Positions 27,914 to 40,400 of a DNA stretch of 61,837 bases are shown one piece after another. The number at the start of each line of letters is the position of its first letter. Position 1 is the stretch's first letter. The notes under the pieces were generated by a model. That model saw nothing but the letters and a program-made list of their open reading frames with translations. It did not search any database and was not told the DNA's origin. This stretch comes from an uncultured bacterium (GTDB lineage: Bacteria > B130-G9), in the NCBI GenBank assembly GCA_965372715.1, contig CBDVDH010000017.1:1-61837 (forward strand), written 5' to 3'. The position numbers and the translations under genes are program-made.

Positions 27914-30900
27914 GTGTTTAGAAAAGCGTCATCCAACTACGACCAGCACGAGATTGAGCCGAGGATACTGAAGCTTTGGGAAGCTGGCCGCATGTTCGAG
28001 CGCCTCGTGCAGCAGAACAAAGATGGCCCTAGATTCTCGTTCATTGATGGGCCGATAACGGCGAACAACAAGATGGGCGTGCACCACGCTTGGGGCCGGA
28101 CTTACAAGGATATATTCGTTCGGTACAAGGCAATGCAGGGCTTTCATCAGCGCTATCAGAACGGTTTCGACTGCCAGGGCCTTTGGGTTGAGGTCGAGGT
28201 CGAGAAGGACTTGGGCCTCAACTGCAAGAGCGACATCCGGACCTATGGCTTGGATAAGTTCTCGACGAGGTGCAAGGAGCGGGTGCAGAAATACGCCCGC
28301 GTGATTGCGGAGCAGTCGAAGCGGCTAGGCCAGTGGATGGACTGGGAGAACAGCTACTTCACGATGACGGACACGAACATCGAGTATATCTGGATGTTCA
28401 TCAAGCGATGCCACGAGAACGGCTGGCTTTATCGCGGCAAGCACGTCATGCCCTGGTGCATTCGCTGCGGGACCTCGTTGTCCCAGCACGAGATGGTCGA
28501 TTCGTATCGAGAGGTCAAGCACCCGTCAGTTTTTCTTCGCCTTCCGATTGTCGGTCGTGACAACGAGTTCTTCATGGTCTGGACGACGACGCCCTGGACG
28601 CTTGCCGCCAATACGTCGCTAGCCGTCAATCCTGAACTGACTTATGTAAAGGCAGAGCACGACGGCGGGATCGTGTATCTGTCGAAGGGCACTCTTGCCG
28701 ATGTCTTAGGCGATGGCGCCCGGGTGGTCTCCGAGCACAATGGGAGAGAATTCGAGGGCTGGCGGTATCGTGGGCCGTTCGACGAGCTTCCTGTCCAGCA
28801 AGGTATTGACCACAGAGTTGTCTGTGACCAAATGGTCGGGGAGACGGAGGGAACGGGCATCGTCCATATTGCGCCCGGCTGCGGGGCGGAGGACTTCGAG
28901 GTCCAAAGGCGCGAGGGTTTGGGGATGGTTGATCCAGTCGATGAGGCTGGGCGCTATTATGATGGTTTCGGCGAGCTTTCGGGCGTGCTCGTTACTGAAG
29001 TCGCTCCGAAGGTTTACGAGTCGCTCAAGGAGAAGGGGTATCTCCTGAGGAAAGAGAAGATTGAACACCGCTATCCGGTCTGTTGGCGCTGCGGCGATGA
29101 GCTGATCTTCAAATTGGTCGAGGAATGGTTCATCAGGTGCGAGCAGCTCAGAGAACCTCTGATTGAGGCGGCCAGGACGGTCAAGTGGATGCCGGATTAC
29201 ATGGGGAAGCGGATGGAGGACTGGCTCAACAACATGCAGGACTGGTGCATCTCTCGGCGCCGGTTCTGGGGTCTGCCGCTGCCGTTTTACTATTGTGAGG
29301 ACTGCGGTCATATAATGATCGTAGGCTCTAGGGATGAGTTGGCCAAGCTCGCTGGCATCTCTGCGGACGAGCTTCCCGAGCTTCATCGGCCCTGGATCGA
29401 CGAGGTAGTGATCAAGTGCGAGGAATGCGGCGGCAAGGCCATAAGGACAGAGGACGTTGGCGACTGTTGGCTCGATGCTGGCATTGTCCCATTCTCAACG
29501 CTGAAATACAAAGAGGACCGCGGATACTGGGAGAAGTGGTTTCCGGCCGAGTTCATCTGCGAGATGCGGGAACAGATACGGCTGTGGTTCTACTCGATGT
29601 TGTTCATGGGCGTAACGCTCGAGAACCGCGCGCCTTACGAGAGCGTCCTGATTCACGAGAGGGTCTTTGACGAACGTGGCAACCCGATGCACAAGAGCCT
29701 GGGCAACGTCATCTGGTTTGACGAGGCGGCAGACAAGATCGGCACCGACGTCATGCGTTGGCTCTTCGCCTCGCAGAATACGGCCTATAACATCAATTTC
29801 GGCTACGGCCCCGCGAAGGAGATAAAGCGAAGGTTGCTCACTTTTTGGAACTCTTACACGTTCTTCATGACTTACGCAAGCCTCGACCAGCCGGAAGTTA
29901 GCCTGACCCTGGATACTATGCCGGCTTCGCCGCTCAAAAACCTCACTGAGCTGGATCGCTGGATACTATCGCGGCTTCATACGGTGATTGAGCGGGCGAC
30001 GGAGGCTTACGAGCGCTACAGCGTGATCTTTGTGGTCAAGCATGTCGAGGCGTTCTTCGATGACCTTTCAAATTGGTATATCCGCCGTAATCGCAGGCGC
30101 TTCTGGAGGGCCAGCTCCGATACTGACAAGCAGGCGGCATATCAGACGCTTTACACGGTGCTGGTTGAGGTCACGAGGCTGATTGCGCCGATCGTTCCGT
30201 TTTTGAGCGAGGAGATATATCAGAATCTGGTTGTGAGCGTTCACTCTGATGCGCCTCAGAGCGTGCATCTGAGCGATTTCCCGAAGGCGAGGCGGGACTT
30301 GATTGACGAGGGGCTGGAGGAGGATGTCGCACTCGTAAAGCGCGTCGTGAGCCTGGGCCTTTCCGCGAGGAACAAGGCAGGGATCAAGGTGCGCCAGCCG
30401 CTGAGGAGGCTCCTTGTCAGGCTCGAAGGCCCTGAGCAGGAAAGCGGGCTGGAGCGCTTCATAGATGAGATGCTCGATGAGTTGAACGTCAAGAAAGTCG
30501 AGGTGCTCGAATCGCTGGATGGCGTTGCGGCGCCCAGTGTGAGGTTCAATCTGAAGCTCGTGGGCCCGAGACTTGGGCCAAAGCTGGTCGAGGCGAGGCG
30601 CGTGCTTGACGCGGAGAAGGACCGCGTATATCAAGTCGCGATGAGAGGTGAATCGGTATCGCTCAGGGTCGATGGCCAGGATTTGCCGTTTGCGCCTTCA
30701 GAGCTCATCCTGGATATCGTGGGCCTCGAAGGTTATTCGGTGGCGGCTGAGGGGGCGATGGCGGTTGCTCTGGATACCGTTCTAGACGAGGAGCTTTTCG
30801 TCGAGGGGACGGTTCGGGAGCTGGTGCGGCACGCACAGGTTATGCGGAAGGACGCGGGGTTTAACGTAGAGGACCGGATCGATCTTTATGTCATCTGCGG

Positions 30901-31081
30901 GGCTCAGGCGAGGTCCAGGATCGAGACGAGGGTCGATTTCCTGGCGCGGGAGACGCTCGCGACGAGTGTGAGGTTTGAACAGTCTCCTGATGGCGCGTTC
31001 TCAAGGACCGTTGTGCTTCAGACTGTTCAGGGCCAGAAGGGTGAGGAAGTGACGCTGGCCGTGGTGAGGCGCGGCATGTAG
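27914..31081 (+). CDS. ileS: Isoleucine--tRNA ligase, type 2 (eukaryote-like)
   Basis: DGPITAN, GVHH, GFDCQGLWVE, WTTTPWTL, GTGIVHIAPG, DWCISRRRFWG, PMHKS, WYIRRNRRRFW, KVRQPL; GTG start at 27914. Confidence 0.95.
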   Translation: MFRKASSNYDQHEIEPRILKLWEAGRMFERLVQQNKDGPRFSFIDGPITANNKMGVHHAWGRTYKDIFVRYKAMQGFHQRYQNGFDCQGLWVEVEVEKDLGLNCKSDIRTYGLDKFSTRCKERVQKYARVIAEQSKRLGQWMDWENSYFTMTDTNIEYIWMFIKRCHENGWLYRGKHVMPWCIRCGTSLSQHEMVDSYREVKHPSVFLRLPIVGRDNEFFMVWTTTPWTLAANTSLAVNPELTYVKAEHDGGIVYLSKGTLADVLGDGARVVSEHNGREFEGWRYRGPFDELPVQQGIDHRVVCDQMVGETEGTGIVHIAPGCGAEDFEVQRREGLGMVDPVDEAGRYYDGFGELSGVLVTEVAPKVYESLKEKGYLLRKEKIEHRYPVCWRCGDELIFKLVEEWFIRCEQLREPLIEAARTVKWMPDYMGKRMEDWLNNMQDWCISRRRFWGLPLPFYYCEDCGHIMIVGSRDELAKLAGISADELPELHRPWIDEVVIKCEECGGKAIRTEDVGDCWLDAGIVPFSTLKYKEDRGYWEKWFPAEFICEMREQIRLWFYSMLFMGVTLENRAPYESVLIHERVFDERGNPMHKSLGNVIWFDEAADKIGTDVMRWLFASQNTAYNINFGYGPAKEIKRRLLTFWNSYTFFMTYASLDQPEVSLTLDTMPASPLKNLTELDRWILSRLHTVIERATEAYERYSVIFVVKHVEAFFDDLSNWYIRRNRRRFWRASSDTDKQAAYQTLYTVLVEVTRLIAPIVPFLSEEIYQNLVVSVHSDAPQSVHLSDFPKARRDLIDEGLEEDVALVKRVVSLGLSARNKAGIKVRQPLRRLLVRLEGPEQESGLERFIDEMLDELNVKKVEVLESLDGVAAPSVRFNLKLVGPRLGPKLVEARRVLDAEKDRVYQVAMRGESVSLRVDGQDLPFAPSELILDIVGLEGYSVAAEGAMAVALDTVLDEELFVEGTVRELVRHAQVMRKDAGFNVEDRIDLYVICGAQARSRIETRVDFLARETLATSVRFEQSPDGAFSRTVVLQTVQGQKGEEVTLAVVRRGM

Positions 31082-31113
31082 CCGGTTTGTTCCGACTGCT
31101 GAGGTTGATCGCT

Positions 31114-31524
31114 ATGGAATACAGCGAAAAAGTCATCGACCATTTTCAGAACCCCAGGAACGTGGGTGAGATACCAGATGCGGATGGCGTTGGGAAGGTC
31201 GGGAATCCGGCGTGCGGCGACATCATGGCGCTGTATATTAAAGTAACGGACGGTCGGATCGTTGACGCGCGTTTCAAGACTTTCGGGTGCGGTGCGGCGA
31301 TTGCGACGAGTTCGATGGTGACGGAGCTTGTCAAGGGCAAAACGATAGAAGAGGCGCTCACGATCTCGAAGCAAACCGTTGCAGAGGCTCTCGAGGGTCT
31401 TCCGCCCACGAAGATGCACTGCTCGAATCTCGCGGCGGACGCATTGAGAGCGGCGATTGAGGATTATCTTAAGAAGAGCGGTGAAAAAGGCCCTCTCAGG
31501 CGTTTCTTCAAGAGGAAGATCTGA
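31114..31524 (+). CDS. iscU: Fe-S cluster scaffold IscU/NifU-N
   Basis: YSEKVIDHFQNPRNVG, GNPACGD, FKTFGCGAAIA, LPPTKMHCS. Confidence 0.92.
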   Translation: MEYSEKVIDHFQNPRNVGEIPDADGVGKVGNPACGDIMALYIKVTDGRIVDARFKTFGCGAAIATSSMVTELVKGKTIEEALTISKQTVAEALEGLPPTKMHCSNLAADALRAAIEDYLKKSGEKGPLRRFFKRKI

Positions 31525-31864
31525 GCCAGGAACGACGTGAAGGGCGACCCGGGGGGCTAGTTCCCTTTGTGTCGGCCGCAGGTTAGGCGGCACATCATAC
31601 GTGCAACAGGGGGCTTCTGGGAATCTATCCTATATTGTGACTTTAGTATCTCAAGCGTGGTGAAGAGACCACGGGCGCCGATGCGCGTTGAGCACAAAAT
31701 AATGTGTTGTTCATGTATATAGCAACAACATATAGGAACCTAACGGAGGCGAGGCTTCTTAGTTGCTGTTGACATGGCTCAGCGGATGGCGCATATTCTT
31801 GATAGGTTGGCTTGTGTGGTTTGTGCGAGGTCGAATGCGTTAGATACGTTTGGCGGAGGAGCCG

Positions 31865-32140
31865 ATGGCGGAGATAGTGTGCCCTCACTGTAGGGTGAAG
31901 GTTCCAATAAAGGATGTAGCCGACGGCCCGGCGGAGGAAATCGCGGAATGCCTGAGCTGCGGGATGCTGATCGACGTCAAAGAGATCTCGCGGCGTAGTG
32001 AAGAGCAGGATGTGGCAGCTGAGTGGAATAGCGTCAAGGCACGGCGCAAGAAAGAGGTCAATTTCATCGTTGTTATAGTCCTGTTGGGCCTGATCATTGC
32101 TGGCATCACGATATATATGTATTGCATACTGAATCCTTAA
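31865..32140 (+). CDS. Small zinc-ribbon protein with C-terminal TM helix
   Basis: CPHC...CLSCG, hydrophobic C-terminus; RBS GGAGG. Confidence 0.65.
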   Translation: MAEIVCPHCRVKVPIKDVADGPAEEIAECLSCGMLIDVKEISRRSEEQDVAAEWNSVKARRKKEVNFIVVIVLLGLIIAGITIYMYCILNP

Positions 32141-32231
32141 AGAAGAATCTGGCACTTTTTCTTAAAGCTCGGCTTTCTTTAGCAATCAGGTCCTTTATGT
32201 AGCGTGGTCAAGTATTGAGGAACTAGTCACT

Positions 32232-32585
32232 TTGAGAGTGCTAGTAAATGAGATCAGCGATCTTGTAACGCTGGTGTTCGGCACCATCCCACTCAGGGAT
32301 GTGATCTGTCTGATTTTCGTCGTCGTTACGTTTGCGTTTGTTGTTAAGGCGCTTCGCACCAAGGGGCTTGCTCGGGACGCTCGGCGTTGGTGGCGATACT
32401 TCCTCGTTGTTACGTCACTTTTTTTCGCGAGCGAGCTGTTCCGAACTGGGCGCCTGTTTTTGCGGCCTGAGAGCAGCATTTCGGACTTTTTCTTTCTTCT
32501 GAATTACCTAACAATGGCCCTTGGATGCATCGTGCTCCTTGCCCTCATTTTCTGGTCGTACAGGCGACTCAATATCTTCCAGTGA
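32232..32585 (+). CDS. Small membrane protein
   Basis: Three hydrophobic segments; co-oriented with the kinase; start uncertain. Confidence 0.55.
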   Translation: MRVLVNEISDLVTLVFGTIPLRDVICLIFVVVTFAFVVKALRTKGLARDARRWWRYFLVVTSLFFASELFRTGRLFLRPESSISDFFFLLNYLTMALGCIVLLALIFWSYRRLNIFQ

Positions 32586-32602
32586 TGTAGTCGAGAGCTG
32601 TT

Positions 32603-34231
32603 ATGGATATGCCGCTTTTCGTAAAGATCGCTCAGATAGCCTCAGCGCTGAGCATATTCTCCGCGATAATTGTGTGCCTCGTGAATTTCGTCATGACAGG
32701 TCGTTCGGGTCGGGTCTGGCTCTTGCTGACGGCGGGGCTTGTGGCGGAGTTTTTGGTGGTTTTCAGGGATATCGTTGATATTTGGGTGGGATTTGGGCCT
32801 TTTGCGGAGGTTTTCGCCAAGTTCGATTACATGAGCGTGAGCTTCACGTTCCTGTTCGCGGTCGCAGCGCACCAGTTCATCTCGTATAAGCAGGACGAGC
32901 TTTTGAGAGCGTTTGGGGCTTCTCAGACGGCAAAACGGGTTCTTGAGTCTTCACTTGGCGCCATGGGCGACGGCTTTGAGGTGATTGGGTCGGATTTGCA
33001 GGTCATTTACTCGAATCTTGTGATGGAGGAAGTCTACGGCGCGAAGGGCCGCCGGGACCTCAGGGGGACCGGAGAGAATCCGGGCGTAAGCAAGCAGCTC
33101 GTTCTTGCGACGTTCAAAAGCGGGGTCTTGTCCCGCGGCGAGGAGATTGTTGAGGACGGGAATGGTTCGCAGCGCGTTCTGGACATAGTCGTTTCGCCGA
33201 TTATCTCGGGGGACGGCCAGATACTGGCCTGCGTTCGGGTGGCCCGCGACGTAAGTGAGATGAAACAGATGCAGGAGGCGGTACGGGACGCGAATCTGAG
33301 GCTTGAGGAGAAGGTTCGTGACCGAACGGTGCAGCTTGAGCGCGCCCTCGAGCAACTGGGCCAGACTCACGAGCAGCTCTTGCAGTCCGAGAAGCTCGCG
33401 GCGCTTGGGAAAATCGCGGCCGGTCTTACCCACAACATAGCCAATCCGCTTTCGGTCTTGGGGCCGAAGCTCAAGCTCTTTGGGGACTACTTCTGGCACG
33501 TCGACCGGGTTCTTCGTGAATACTGCGTTCTGAATGAGTTGCAAGACCCTGACGAGATCAAGGAACGGCTTGCAGGTATTGCAGAGAAGTCCCAAGAGGG
33601 CAGAGGCATCGGTTACTACTTGCGGAAGCTGAACAGATTCGTGGTGCCATGCGTCAAGGAAGTTCACAAGATTGAGAAGATTGTGCAGGACCTGGTGGAT
33701 TATTCGAGGGTGCACAGGCCGGCAGTTGAGCCGGTGGAAATGAACGAGCAGATACGGCTCGTGACTTCGCTTTTGGAGTATGAGTTCAGGAACTCGCAGA
33801 TACGGCTTGACACGGATTACGCCGATAGGCTGCCGCTCGTGAAGTGTTACGCGGCGGAGGTGAATCAGGTGATCACAAACCTACTCGCCAACAGTATAGA
33901 GGCGGTTTCAGTGAAGCGGAGGATGGACCCGGGATTTGAGCCTGTGATAAAGATCAAGACCCAGGCCGAGGATTCCGCTGTCAACATAAGCATTGAAGAT
34001 AACGGGATTGGCGTTAGCAGGGACGACCTGCCGAGGGTTTTTGACCCGTTTTTCACGACCAAGCCCGCAGGTGGGGCCGTCGGCCTCGGCCTTTCTGTTT
34101 CAGCGGGAATAATAGAGAAGCACGGAGGCAGCATCCGGCTTGATTCGGAGCTGGGTGAGTACTCCAGATTCGTGATTGTGCTCCCGACGGAGCTAGCTGA
34201 GAAGCCGGGAAGCAGAGGGTACGTGGAGTAG
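32603..34231 (+). CDS. Membrane PAS sensor histidine kinase (NtrB-like)
   Basis: QLLQSEKLAALGKIAAGLTHNIANPL, NQVITNLLANS, EDNGIG, FDPFFTTK, GLGLS. Confidence 0.9.
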   Translation: MDMPLFVKIAQIASALSIFSAIIVCLVNFVMTGRSGRVWLLLTAGLVAEFLVVFRDIVDIWVGFGPFAEVFAKFDYMSVSFTFLFAVAAHQFISYKQDELLRAFGASQTAKRVLESSLGAMGDGFEVIGSDLQVIYSNLVMEEVYGAKGRRDLRGTGENPGVSKQLVLATFKSGVLSRGEEIVEDGNGSQRVLDIVVSPIISGDGQILACVRVARDVSEMKQMQEAVRDANLRLEEKVRDRTVQLERALEQLGQTHEQLLQSEKLAALGKIAAGLTHNIANPLSVLGPKLKLFGDYFWHVDRVLREYCVLNELQDPDEIKERLAGIAEKSQEGRGIGYYLRKLNRFVVPCVKEVHKIEKIVQDLVDYSRVHRPAVEPVEMNEQIRLVTSLLEYEFRNSQIRLDTDYADRLPLVKCYAAEVNQVITNLLANSIEAVSVKRRMDPGFEPVIKIKTQAEDSAVNISIEDNGIGVSRDDLPRVFDPFFTTKPAGGAVGLGLSVSAGIIEKHGGSIRLDSELGEYSRFVIVLPTELAEKPGSRGYVE

Positions 34232-34272
34232 CCAGAAAGTGTCAATTGTCAGGGAGTCTGCTTAATATGTGG

Positions 34273-34301
34273 TTGACATATACGGAGGGCTCTCTTATAT
34301 T
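34273..34301 (+). promoter_or_regulatory. Sigma70-type promoter upstream of the giant protein gene
   Basis: TTGACA-17 bp-TATATT in an AT-rich intergenic region. Confidence 0.6.
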
Positions 34302-34482
34302 TCTTTTTCTTGGAGATTAGGATGTAGTCATTTTTGGGCGCTTCGCGCGCCAATACCGTTATGTAGGGGTTTGTGTAGCGCCGTATTTGACTATATTTCG
34401 TATTTTTTGTTTGTTGGCTTGCGGTAAGTGCTGCTTGCTGTCTTGCTGAAGCCTTTTGGATAGATAATAAAGGAGGAAAGCA

Positions 34483-37400
34483 ATGCGAAACCGGGGATGG
34501 TTGATACGATCCGCCGTCGGGCTTTGCGGTCTTGTAATGTTGTTCGGACAAAACGGCGCCTTTGCGTCGTCAAGAGGCGACCAGATACCTCCCGAAACCT
34601 ATATAATGGGTAGCGGCAACAAGGTTTATGAGCCCTACTTTGATGACGACTTCAGCGGGCGCTTTGATCCCGGCGAGCCGTTCGTTGATATGAACAGGAA
34701 TGGGCTTTGGGATGTGAACGTTTTTGTTGCAGAAGGGGGAGTAGTCACCTCAAAGAATGCGATGTTCTGCTATGCAGCGGTTGACAATTCTATCACCGAC
34801 GGTCTTGAGAGGGACAACAACGTTGGAAGGATGGAGTTCTCGTATTTCAACCCGTTCACGAGCGCCTGGTCTTCATTCACCAACCAGTCGCATTGCGTGT
34901 TGGAGGTTCCGGAATCCATTTTAATACAGCCGGTGCCCAATTATGATGTGGCCTACACTTTCAAGGTCCGTGCTAAGGACCCCTCTGGCAACATCGATCC
35001 TGAGCCTGCGACCAGGACGTTTTATGTTGGCGCCGGATACCTTGGAACAGTGACGAGTGTTGGCGCAGAGACGATAGTTGACAAGAGCGCGGCGTGGTCA
35101 GATCAGGCTTTGGTAGGCCTTTACCTTAATCCCAATATCGAGCAGACGCAGACTTTTCTGATCATTGGGAATACCCTCAACGTGATATACGTCGAGGAAG
35201 GCAGCCAGTTGCAGGCGATCGCAAGCGCCGGCGACAGGTTTTGGGTCATCTATCCGATGATAACCCCGCCGAGGTTGTGCGTTCGGGACATAGCGACCCG
35301 TGATTCCATCTCAAGGATAGTAGTTGGCACCGGCAATCAGCTTCAGCTTGAATGGTCAGAGGTGGCTGCGGGCTATGAGGCGCAGGTCTCTTATGACGTG
35401 TATCGAGACGGCGTTCGCATCGGCACTGATTACGCCTCTACTACGTTTACGGATCCTGACAACGCGGATCCAGGCACACTCGCCCCGCTCAATGGGCAGA
35501 CATACACGTATCAGGTTGAGGCGAACGTTACGACGTCGATCATGAGGTACAAGACGGTTCGCTCCAATGAGGTTTTAGCGTCGCCGATCGATCTGACGGT
35601 GCAATCGAGCGACATACTGAATGTTTCACCAGGCAGCGTAACGATGGGTCGTGATACGGACGAGGTCGTTTTCACGGTGGAGAACACGACGAAGGCGAGG
35701 CCGGTGAATTGGTCGATTTATACCGACGTGTATTATCGAGCCCCTGACGGCACACGGACGTATGGGCAGTATCTCTGGGCAGGTCGTTTCACGGACGCAG
35801 ATGTGATCGCTGAGGTGGGCGGCTCTGCCAATGCGAAGGCGGAGGTTCGGCTCATCGACACTACGGCGAGTTGGGAGCTGAACGACCTTGCCGGTCGGAA
35901 GATCACAATTGCCGAGCGCTTCGCCGACGTGAATTCCAATGGCGTTTACGAGTGGAACGATACGGACGGGGACGGAGAATGGGACTACGGCGAGGGCGAG
36001 AAGGACGCCAGCGGCGCGGGGCAATTTGGGCGGATCGAGGAAGATGAGTTCGTGATCACGTCGAACAATCGGACAAGCCTCACTGTGGATCGAGATCCGA
36101 CCAGGATTGGCCGCAATGCGGATGGCCAGGTTGACGACAGCTCCGGCGCCGGGTCCTACTACTACATTAGGGACTGGTTCCCGATATCTGCGCTCTCTTT
36201 CACGCGCTTGACGGGCGAGGTTTTGATGGAGCCGCAGACGTTCAAGATGAAGCTTGACAGGAGCCGGCTTCCGACCGGTTGGTTTGTGGTTTACCTTTAT
36301 GTTGAGCAGAACGGCCGCGATCCTGTTCCGGGCAACAGCAATCCGCTCGATCCCATTGTGTCTCAAATAATGATTCGCAACGGCAATCCGCTCTCTATCT
36401 CGCGCATTATTGGTGTGCCTGAGGAGGATCCGGGCTGGGGTTCCGACCCTTCACCAAGCACCAGCGGTATCGCCCAAGACACCATTACGCTAGCCTTCAA
36501 TCTGACTGACGACAGAACTGATTTTAGGATCGGGGCGTTTCCGAAACACAAGTCGTATTCGTATTGGGGAACACCTGGGACGCAGGCAGACCAATTCGGT
36601 GATATGTTCATCGGGTGTTTTCTCAATCCGGATGTCTCCGATCTTGCCTACTGGGCCGCAAGCGGCCTAGCAGTTGATAGGCCGCCGCAAGTATATCGCA
36701 TCGCGTCTTACACCGTTCAGGGCCAGGTTGGCGCCACAACACCAGCGTCCACACAGGTGCAGCTAGAGATGCCGGGGAGCAGCAACGGTCACATTGGCGT
36801 TGATAGAAGGGACTATCCGCCGCCTCAATGGATGGGGCAGTTTGGGTCAACCGGCGGACTGGAATACGTGGTTTATCGGCCTTGGGGCGATGGCTCAGAA
36901 CAGCCACCCGGTTCGGATTCCATGGGCATCGATCGGTGTTGGAGCGATGCGAACTTTGGGGTGGGAGCTGCACAGAGCAGAGGCCAGTGGACAGGGGATG
37001 ACGAGGTGATGGTTCGCCTGGATGGGCTCTCTGTTCGAGGGGGCGCTTACGGTATTGACCCGGACGTTGTTGCAACAGCCAAGGGCGACGATAACGATGT
37101 TCTGGATTACTGGTGGCGCCAGCTGCTAGTCGGCGAGACGACTGATTATGAGAACGGCATTCAGACCGGGAACGTCAGGGACTATTACATCAAACCTTCA
37201 GGTGCTGATGTTCCCTGGAAAGGCTGTAAGTATGTCATTACGACAGGCAGCGCCGAAGACGAGGGCGCTGGCGGTCTCAGAGAGAACTCTACCGTGGTCC
37301 ATGATTCGGCTTTCGTTGGTTCTGCCATCGCACTCGATCCTATTGGCGCAATGGGCGCCCTGAACGCTGGCGAGCATTACTTCATCACTCAGGCGTATAA

Positions 37401-40400
37401 CCCCGAGCCGTTCTATTCGTCTGACTGGGTCATGAGTTGGAAGACTTTTCGGGCAGGGATAACAAATGTGCAGCCAGCGCCTCCTTCGGCGCCAGAGATG
37501 ACCGGCGGGGCAGTTGGCTGCGACTGCGCACCGCCTGCGGGCCAGATCGACGCTAGGAATTCGTATAAGGATGTGAATCACAACTGCACGTATGATCCTT
37601 ATCCGACGCTGACTTTTCTTTCGACGGACATCACTGATGGCGGCGAGACCTCGTTCTTGAGTTTCGTCATCTACGATAGCGACGGCGATGACGCGACTAC
37701 CGGCAAGCCGAGGCGCTGGAGCGTCACGCCTTCCAAGCACACGATTCTTGAGGCGAGGATACCGGGCGATTCAACGGGCCGGTCGGACTGCAACGACCCG
37801 GACGTTTGGGGCGGGGGCATGGTGATCGGGAGCTATCCGCTTCTCGTCAACGGTGATGGTGAGCCTTTCTGGGATGCTAACGGAGATGGCCTTTACGATG
37901 CGGGTGACACGCTCTATATGGACCCACCCTACGGCAATAGGGACCCCAGAACTTGGCGGTCCAACTACATCGCTGACGATCTTGAATCGCAGGACCTCTT
38001 TGCGGTCATCGAGCCCGGGGAGGTTGTTACGGGTTACTTGATCCTGACCAACAAGAGCGTGAGGGACGCGCTGAGCGTTTCTGCTCTCATAGCGGAGTAT
38101 GATCCGTATGTAACGCTGATATCTAACAACCTCACCATGTATGACAACGTTGCGAGCGGCCGGACCCTGACGGCCGTTCCTGTTGGGTCAGGCGTTTCGG
38201 GTCAGGATAGAGAGCGATATGCGTTCAAGTTCAGGGTGTCTGAGCAGCTGCCATGCTACACCAACGGTTATGACGTTACTTTCTACACGAAAGTGTTCGA
38301 CAGCTGGGGCGGTGATTCCTATGACGATTCGTTTAGGGTGAAGCTCTTCAGAATCGATGGGCCGACGGTTGTTCCGCCGGTTATTGATGATGATAGATAC
38401 GGATACAGCGGGACGAGTCCGTATAGCAACGGCGACGGTTTGATTCAGGCCGGGGAGCGAGTAGAGCTGTTGGTCAGGCTTAGAAATGAGAGCTGCCTGC
38501 CAATCGGCAACAACAGTCAGACGGGGCAGCTCATTGCCCAGATGGCGATTGATAACCCCCAGGTCACGCTTCAGGCGCCAGACATGGGCGTGCTTCTTGC
38601 CGCGAGCACAAGGAACTACTTGCACATCCTGCCCGGGGACGAGGGCATACCCTATGACGTCAACCCGGAGTTTGAGATAGAGGTTGCACAGAACTACGAT
38701 GGCTCACCGATCCCGTTTGAGTTGACGTTGACGGGGGGCGTAACCTACGGCACGGCGCCACCCCCAGCTGAGGAATACGTTGGCCCCTGTGCCTACACGT
38801 GGCGGATGTCGTTCTGCGAGAACCCGGAGATCAGCTGGATCAAGCATTACAACAAGCTCTCTGGGACCTCGACTGCGCTTTTGACGAGCACCTTGATCCA
38901 CCAAGATGCCCTGTTTGTTCCGGGGAGCCTTTCGGGATTGATGCTCAATCCGAACACCAATCAGTCAAAGACCTTCGAGATCATCAGCAACTCGGTAACG
39001 AGCATCAACGTTGACGGGGACCTCCGAACGGTGGCGAAGGTTGGCGATCCCTATGAGGTTGTTAGGGACGCCTTCAACATCGTGCTGAGCCCCGGTGAGA
39101 CGATTGAGGTCGTTATGAGGGCTGCTCCGGGGCAGATAGCGAGTTTCAACTTCGAGAAGGTTACTCGAGAGAGAGTCTCCGGCGCCGTTAATGGTATTAC
39201 CGGGGACACGCTCGTAGATCTCGCGGCTGATTTCGAGATTGGCTCCCTCGTTGGTTTGAAGCTCCTCGTGAACGGAACTACGACATACAACATTGTGGGC
39301 AACTCCGCCAACGCCATCGTTTTGGACGACGCCACCGGACTCGGCCTTGGGGACACTTATGAGACGTATGGCTCTGCGACCTTGGTCAGGTTCTTTGAGA
39401 GCAACGTCCGGATGTTCGACGACGGTATGCACAAGGACGGCGCGGCCGGAGACGGTGTGTACGTCGGAACCTACACCGTCAGAGAGGGCGACGACATCCT
39501 GGCAGAGGTCGTCGGCTACCTTGAGGCCGTGAGCAACGGCAATGTCGGCCACGTCTATGCGTCCAAGCCTCTGATGATCGACATCGAGGTCCCGCTTGCG
39601 CCGCAGAACGTTGCGGCGATGATTTCGACGGTTCAGCTGGGCCAGGACGTCATAAGGTTGGATTGGGACATAAGCGATGAGTATGACTTCCAGTATTGCC
39701 GTGACGCGGGCTATGCGATCTTCAGGACTACAGACCCCAGTCAGATTCCGCGCACGCCCCTGGATATTCTAACCTGGGCGACTGGGGTGTCGAGATCGCT
39801 GATCTTCAACGTCACGCCGCCCGAGCCGTTCACAGACTTAAACGGCAACGGAGTCTGGGACCCGAACGAGGGCTTCAAGGACTGGAACGGAAACGGCATT
39901 TACGACCCAGGCCCGTATTGGGTCGATCCCTTCACAGAATCTGGCGTGACCTACTACTACTTCATTAAGGCGTTCGACGCGTATGGCAACAGCAGTGATG
40001 TATCCAAGGTGGTCGGCATTACGCTTTACAGCGCAACGGATATGGGTGTTGACAACATGCCGGACTCCTGGGAGGTAAGGCATGGCCTGAAGCAGGCGAT
40101 GGCGTTCGACACGTTTAACGACGATACTGACTATGATAACGATGGGTTGACCAACTACGAGGAGTTCCTGCTCCACACGAATCCGACCGATCCGGACACC
40201 GACAAGGACGGCGAGTGTGATGGCTCGGAGTATGACAGAACGGACGATCCTGTCTCTGCAATCAACCCCAGCGATGAGGCTCTAGCGTTCGACATCAGGC
40301 CGGGCGGCTACGCTGGTATATCTTCTTATACGCTACCTGAATCCGTCGAGCAGTTCTGGTTTGTTGATGAACACGCCGATTGGGTTGTTCACCAGTTTGA

